From a virus (taxonomy: Duplodnaviria; Caudoviricetes): DNA of 38,726 nt. The translations under genes were made by a program, and so were the position numbers. The DNA is taken from positions 1 through 38,726 of IMG/VR virus record IMGVR_UViG_3300037310_000254; one strand, given 5' to 3'. Position 1 is the first letter of the stretch, and each line of letters opens with the position of its first letter. Shown here one piece after another: positions 34,501 to 38,726 of this stretch. The notes beneath the pieces are model-generated. The model had not been told where the DNA came from. It worked only from the letters and a program-made list of their open reading frames with translations, and did no database searches.

Positions 34501-36252
34501 ATAATCTTCCTCAATAAGCGCAGGATTTGTGTAACGGCGCCAATCTCTTAATTGATCTAAAGATCCTCCAGCAGCAACGTGCATGGCGGCGGCTTTTGTA
34601 ACATTGAGCCGAGAAGCAATTTCATCATAAGAAAATGTTCCATTTCTTGTAAGTGAGTTAATCATTTCGACAGTACGTTGTTGGTAAAGAGCTTCAACTT
34701 CTTTGTAAGTAAGAGTTGTTTTTTCTCCATTTGTGAGAATTGAGTATTTCAAATTTTTTACATCTTGTGGATGACGTCCCATCCAACCAAGTACGGCATT
34801 CAATCTTGGTAAATCTTGACTATCAATTTTAAGATATTTTTCAATAAAATCTGGACTGGCATCTTGTAAAGCCTCAAGTTCTGAGAGAAATCTTAAATCT
34901 TGGACACCAGAAGAATTAGCTCGCAGTAAAGTTTCAGCGTCAAAGTCAGTTACAACGGCAGTAAGATTAACTCGATTTGAATTTAACGCTTGATTTTTGA
35001 GATCAACTGCACGTCCAATATTTTGAATTCCAGAAGCTGAATACCAAGTGTCTTCTAATGGGCGATAAAAAACTGTAGATCGTTTCTTTTCTTTAGTTTT
35101 GAATTCAAGAATATCTAAAACTTCCTCTTCTTCAATAATTTTAGAGATTGGACTTGGCTTGAAATTTACATCCGTAATAGATTCTAACGGAGTTTTAACA
35201 TTAGCCATATCAGGAAATTTGACTGTACGAATTCGTTCAATTTGAGAAAAGGCTTCTCTAGAAATAAGAGTTTGAATTTGCTCTTTAACTCCAGGAGTTA
35301 ATTCTGGCCAGCCTTTTACCATTTTTGTCAAAGCTTCTAATGATTTTAGATTAAATTGATCTCCAAAATCAGTAAGGTATTCTCGAGTTAAAGGATTAAG
35401 ATCTTTTCGTAAAAGAAGTTCACTAATTCTCATTAAATTCATTTTTGCTAATTGATAGTTAGCTGCATTAGTATATCCAAATTGTTCGGAAACTGGACTC
35501 GATTCTTTTGTAGCAAACCCCCAAGCTTTATTTTCAATAGGTTGAATTATTTGCTTAACATGCCGAAACGCCGCTGGCATGGCTAATGGAGTAAATAATG
35601 CTCCAATTCCTACAGAATGTAGAAAATTAGAGCCTAATTCAGCTGTATAATCTTGCATATAGGGATGTGCATTTAAGGTTCCAATAATTGCAATCTCAGC
35701 TGCAATATTATCTAAATTAAAATTGATTGCAGCATCTGCATAGAGTGAAGTTTTAAGTTTAGTAAATGCTCCAGCTGCACCTCCAGCTTCTGCAAAAACT
35801 TTCTCCATCTCAGCCGTTAATTGTTTCTTTTTAGATCCAGTAAAAACATCCATAGTTCCTTGTGCAATTTGTCCTAAACGGTTGGAGCCTTCATATCGAC
35901 CAAGTTTTTGTGCTCCAGCTCTAATACTATTGAGACTTTTAATGCCAGCGCCCACGCCTCCAACTAATCCAACTCCAAAACTCAAGCCTTCTACAAGATC
36001 TTTATTATCAAGATAAAAATCTCCAAGACTAGAAGAAACTTGTCTAAGTAGATCTTCAGTGCGAAGTTCCTCTGCATCGTCTGAAATAATCCCGACAGCT
36101 TGTCCAATTCCTAAGGCAGAATTAAGTGTGGTCGTTACAAAATCCGTAGCTGTAGTTCCAATAAGTTTAACTCCTTTTTCTAAAGTTCCTAATGTCATTT
36201 CCTCAGCAAACTGTGCAAATGTTAAACTATCATCCAAGTATTCAGTTCCCAC
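31537..36252 (-). CDS. Large internal virion / DNA ejection protein
   Basis: 1571 aa, helical with several hydrophobic G/A-rich segments, last large gene of the late arm; function from size and position. Confidence 0.65.
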   Translation of the reverse strand: MGTEYLDDSLTFAQFAEEMTLGTLEKGVKLIGTTATDFVTTTLNSALGIGQAVGIISDDAEELRTEDLLRQVSSSLGDFYLDNKDLVEGLSFGVGLVGGVGAGIKSLNSIRAGAQKLGRYEGSNRLGQIAQGTMDVFTGSKKKQLTAEMEKVFAEAGGAAGAFTKLKTSLYADAAINFNLDNIAAEIAIIGTLNAHPYMQDYTAELGSNFLHSVGIGALFTPLAMPAAFRHVKQIIQPIENKAWGFATKESSPVSEQFGYTNAANYQLAKMNLMRISELLLRKDLNPLTREYLTDFGDQFNLKSLEALTKMVKGWPELTPGVKEQIQTLISREAFSQIERIRTVKFPDMANVKTPLESITDVNFKPSPISKIIEEEEVLDILEFKTKEKKRSTVFYRPLEDTWYSASGIQNIGRAVDLKNQALNSNRVNLTAVVTDFDAETLLRANSSGVQDLRFLSELEALQDASPDFIEKYLKIDSQDLPRLNAVLGWMGRHPQDVKNLKYSILTNGEKTTLTYKEVEALYQQRTVEMINSLTRNGTFSYDEIASRLNVTKAAAMHVAAGGSLDQLRDWRRYTNPALIEEDYLSPDRGLLMVSSNRFKNPLPELVSNLDAMSYQKAHLDYMEHLVMSKGNKMIKDAFAVYNNPEMVNGVQFIRSFVNELNNSMVGNPRWQSADNMVRDLKGTPENPVKGEFLTYIGQQVVKAMDKITEDLIKPMVPHFSNMTNTTTQGVEFAATANMLAGLSEYRQMVINPENGYAFFIRGKAAKDAKLEELLTSAILNSSGEIFYVKQPEVIKALEATQDAARELFTFHNILREFRGMKPLENLGFYLPPPSLINKHYSYVLDSKSGTPIQIILANTAKELKDKEVAFRQLYPNAKIISRDMQLEFNKVSGYVDGSPYITQANIALKHGGSSQQAITPQPEEFINQIFSGFEYQIKSAVRKFNELYLHDITATLDQMAQIYDEGLRAQPLFGINKTTFGAKNSPVTIKNLLLGRDNREISTTWKFLDDTFDLVLGLGVQAINKTVAAFETFGGSKDVTKIHKQFDILDKELAKLEIENPWRTFDSYYATRFATTQNIQPKLISTGNSLSALFQLRLFDAGFLIANALSIPILGTAALTQKFATLTTQAGNKFFAPMKLLMDGVAHRWSPEGKRIQKIFEEEGHLNQAVRQYADVNGLLQTVQRGQEAVDSALYAVDSFINSGAVRKLAKPADFVENLTREMAMHIGFATAKRAYPGIGDKGAIILAVNYADRAIGNYFAAQRPVFFQGTLGSAISLYQTYMLTYAQSLFRDLEAGAFKNLARTFLLQAGIFGLNSLPGYNALSEMIAKAYSYDNTDLTTGAYRMVGPNAGDLLLYGLPSNLLFDSALYTRGDITPRVPNIDNIAIYNTLTRGFDAMTHGVNAAVNAEGFGGKLRALGESVSLQTINRPSARLAEIFLGNSITRQGNTVQTPAEVWTISGVMSRILALRPLEEQKLRNAVHLNSSYGTADFENRQEAINALRIAIRNDSLTSELIETVAEKYIRNGGSSKGFDAALNDVMLRTEFGTRYDLRQKLEPDSPIRRLIDDNF

Positions 36253-38200
36253 TTAGAAATCCCCAAACATCTTGAATCCCTTTTGTTAAACCAAAGCTCG
36301 CTTGAGATAGTCCGATCTTATTCCCAATTCGTTTAGCCATCATTTGTTTGAGAGCTAATTCTACATCAGCTTTAACTGTACGATGGAACATTTCTTTATC
36401 TGGAATTAACCAGGAAGGTTTATCAACTTGAAGCGTATTCATAAGACTCTTGGCAACTGTTTGTTGTTTTTGAAGATATTCTTGGTCATTCATATCTTCT
36501 GAGAAATAAAGATCTAAAACATCTCGATAATTAGCTTTTTTTCCATTAGCTGCTTTAACATCGTTAACAATTTGTTGAAGTTTTGGATCCCCAGCAATTG
36601 ACCAGTTTGCCATATCTGTATAGAGATCCTTGGCATGTTCTGTTATTGAATCATAAATAAGAACTCTAAGCTGCTCATCATATTTAGCAACTTTCTCTTT
36701 TCCAGTAACACCCAGAGTCGCAGTATCTAAACTTTTTTTCTGTTCTTCCGTAGGCTCTTTAGGATTACGAGGATTAAGAATTGCTTCCCTTTTATTTACA
36801 ATCGGAGCAAGACGCTCAACAAGTTTAGTTTCTCCATTGACAGCTTTTTCTGCTGCATAAGCTAGTTTCCAAGCAGCTTGTCGAACTCGAATATCAGGAT
36901 CTGCAAGCATTGAAATTACATTTTCGTTATTGATTGAAATGAGTTTTTCGAATGTCTTATCTTTTTGAGCCTTTTGAAAAAGAGTTTCTTTTGTTTTTTC
37001 AATGTCAGATACATCTGCATCAAAAATATGTTTGTATGCGTTAATATGATCCAATGTAATCCATCCATATTTAGCTTCACGACGAGCTTTAGCTTCAAGT
37101 AAAATTCCAGCAGAACTCTGCCAACTTTGAAGATTTTTACTAATAGCTTCGAGTTTTTGATACTCGGGGTCTGTAAGAGAAAGATTTTGTAGTGTACGCT
37201 GAGATTGAAGTTGGGTTTGAGCTACTAAATCGTGTGCTTGTGTAGTTTCCGCACTTAAAGCTCCTGGGCGCCGAATTGTAAAACCAGACCGAACATCCTC
37301 AGCTTGATTCATTTGCAAGTTCATAATTGCATCATTATGTCCTGATTTTTGTTCTGCAATAGAAGTTAATTCAGCTAAGCGTTTAGCAAGAGCTTCATCT
37401 ACATTTTGTTTAACTCCAATGGCAGCTTCAATTCTCTCAGGTCCATCCATTTTAAGAAGTTTACTCATTTGCTGTTCAATTGAAGAGCTTGGTTTCTGAC
37501 GTTCAGCTTGTTTACGAAAAAGATCGTCAGAGTTAAGAATGTAATCTTTCTTTTCAGGAACTTCAATAACCATAACATTTCCTTTATTATCTGTATACTC
37601 TTTCCAATTTCCAAATGTAGCTCCAAGTCGTTCACCTTTAGCAAGTTTATGAATAACTTTACCTGGAGGTTGTGTAGGCGAAGTTTCTTTTTGAGTTAGA
37701 GTTTGAGCTGAAAGCCCAGCTGGTTTAAATGGAGTAACAGAAGAAAGAACTTGTTTATTTTGCTCCTCAGAAAGTCTTTTCTTTGCTTCATATTCAGCTT
37801 TCCAACGAGCAAGTTGTTCATCTTCTCCTTGATTAAGTCCAGACGAATAAGTACCTAAAGTTGCTGCAGTTCCTGCTAATTTTGCTGCAAATTTGAATGC
37901 AGTATTTAGAATTGGATTTCCAATACGTGTAAGGGCTTTTTCTCCGCCTTCTTGTAAAGCTTCTAATGTTAAATCTGTAGCAATTTCCTCTGAATAAAGT
38001 TTATTCAGTGAATCTTTAAGCCAGTCCTGTCCAGCTTGTTGAACTTCAATTTCATCATTAGTCAAAAGCCTCATAGAATCTTCCGGAGTTTCGGATTCAA
38101 CAGTTTCAGTTTTTGGACGACGTGTTTTAGTAAATTTTAAGTCGTTACGATAACGAACAGTTCGACTTGGTTCAAATCCAGGAACACGGATTTTAGCCAT
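36242..38200 (-). CDS. Putative internal virion protein
   Basis: 652 aa, helical and charged, upstream of the 1571-aa gene. Confidence 0.6.
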   Translation of the reverse strand: MAKIRVPGFEPSRTVRYRNDLKFTKTRRPKTETVESETPEDSMRLLTNDEIEVQQAGQDWLKDSLNKLYSEEIATDLTLEALQEGGEKALTRIGNPILNTAFKFAAKLAGTAATLGTYSSGLNQGEDEQLARWKAEYEAKKRLSEEQNKQVLSSVTPFKPAGLSAQTLTQKETSPTQPPGKVIHKLAKGERLGATFGNWKEYTDNKGNVMVIEVPEKKDYILNSDDLFRKQAERQKPSSSIEQQMSKLLKMDGPERIEAAIGVKQNVDEALAKRLAELTSIAEQKSGHNDAIMNLQMNQAEDVRSGFTIRRPGALSAETTQAHDLVAQTQLQSQRTLQNLSLTDPEYQKLEAISKNLQSWQSSAGILLEAKARREAKYGWITLDHINAYKHIFDADVSDIEKTKETLFQKAQKDKTFEKLISINNENVISMLADPDIRVRQAAWKLAYAAEKAVNGETKLVERLAPIVNKREAILNPRNPKEPTEEQKKSLDTATLGVTGKEKVAKYDEQLRVLIYDSITEHAKDLYTDMANWSIAGDPKLQQIVNDVKAANGKKANYRDVLDLYFSEDMNDQEYLQKQQTVAKSLMNTLQVDKPSWLIPDKEMFHRTVKADVELALKQMMAKRIGNKIGLSQASFGLTKGIQDVWGFLSGN

Positions 38201-38207
38201 AAGATAG

Positions 38208-38726
38208 TTACATTACGTCAATAAAATAATTATCTTGAATAGCTTTTTCATTTTGCGTTGTAGAAGTAGTTGAATCTGTGGTATTAGTTTTTGTTGGGGT
38301 AACTGTAAAATATCCCGCCCCAGCTCCAGGCTGTTGTTGAGGTGTTGTAGTTGATTTAAGAGCTTGTAAAATTGTGTTATTAACTAATCCATCATAATCA
38401 ATCAATTTTACATCCTCAGCAGCTTTTTGTTCCGTTGTAGTAGTTGTTGCAGCTTTTGTAGTTTCCCCCTTTTGTTGTTGAGTTCCAAATTGAGTAGATC
38501 CTTTAGCAATATTAAGTGCTTGTAGAAGTTGTGCGGTAGATGAATTAGGGTCGGCCCTAGTTAAAGCTTCCAATACAGAAGCCAATTGGTTGTTAATTTG
38601 CCCATAATTTGTAGCAAGTTGCGCCCCAAGTGCAGCTCCAGCTTCAGCAGTTCTTCCAGCAGCTTGTTCAGTTAATAATGCACGCATTGAACCTTGAGAA
38701 GTTCCAGCTCCTTCAGCTCCACGAAC
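38208..38726 (-). CDS. Putative internal virion/pilot protein (5' end outside window)
   Basis: Frame is open to the window edge (VRGAEGAGTSQGSMRALL...); A/Q/T-rich. Confidence 0.6.
   Translation of the reverse strand, partial: VRGAEGAGTSQGSMRALLTEQAAGRTAEAGAALGAQLATNYGQINNQLASVLEALTRADPNSSTAQLLQALNIAKGSTQFGTQQQKGETTKAATTTTTEQKAAEDVKLIDYDGLVNNTILQALKSTTTPQQQPGAGAGYFTVTPTKTNTTDSTTSTTQNEKAIQDNYFIDVM

Noticed and set aside
31537-36252. Virion RNA polymerase or tape measure protein
   Set aside because: No polymerase catalytic motifs, far smaller than N4 vRNAP, and no tail tube or chaperone genes nearby.
17290-37699. Remaining short antisense or out-of-frame ORFs in the track
   Set aside because: Nested within well-supported genes, without RBS or recognisable motifs.

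Overview
Most of the genome of an AT-rich, tailed dsDNA phage. It is podovirus-like (portal, SU10/DUF5309-type capsid, large internal virion proteins; no tape measure, sheath, integrase, repressor or RNA polymerase seen) and probably circularly permuted, with some tail genes missing between the window ends. There are two divergent arms. The minus-strand late arm runs 13542->1 and 38726->31396: TerS, a small anti-defence cluster with a Tad2/DUF2829 gene, M15 endolysin, TerL, portal, scaffold, capsid, adaptor, a repeat-built 1502-aa tail fibre and ejection proteins. The plus-strand arm (15576->31343) encodes a RecD/Dda helicase, tRNA-Leu(TAA), Cas4-like exonuclease, DHH phosphoesterase, MazG-like enzyme, Sak4-like ATPase, SSB, family A DNA polymerase, DUF3987 ATPase and a DfrB-like SH3 protein. 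The arms converge on a bidirectional terminator at ~31350. Between their starts lies a control region with sigma70 promoters, an IHF site, a GC-richer two-gene leftward cassette, a 33-bp imperfect inverted repeat around an AT-rich core (candidate origin) and a hairpin made of two facing sigma54-type motifs. The most interesting points are an apparently primase-less replisome with an atypical PolA, the origin-like inverted repeat, the sigma54 palindrome, the sponge-type anti-defence cluster and the DfrB-like domain. All family assignments come from motif recognition by eye; no searches were run.
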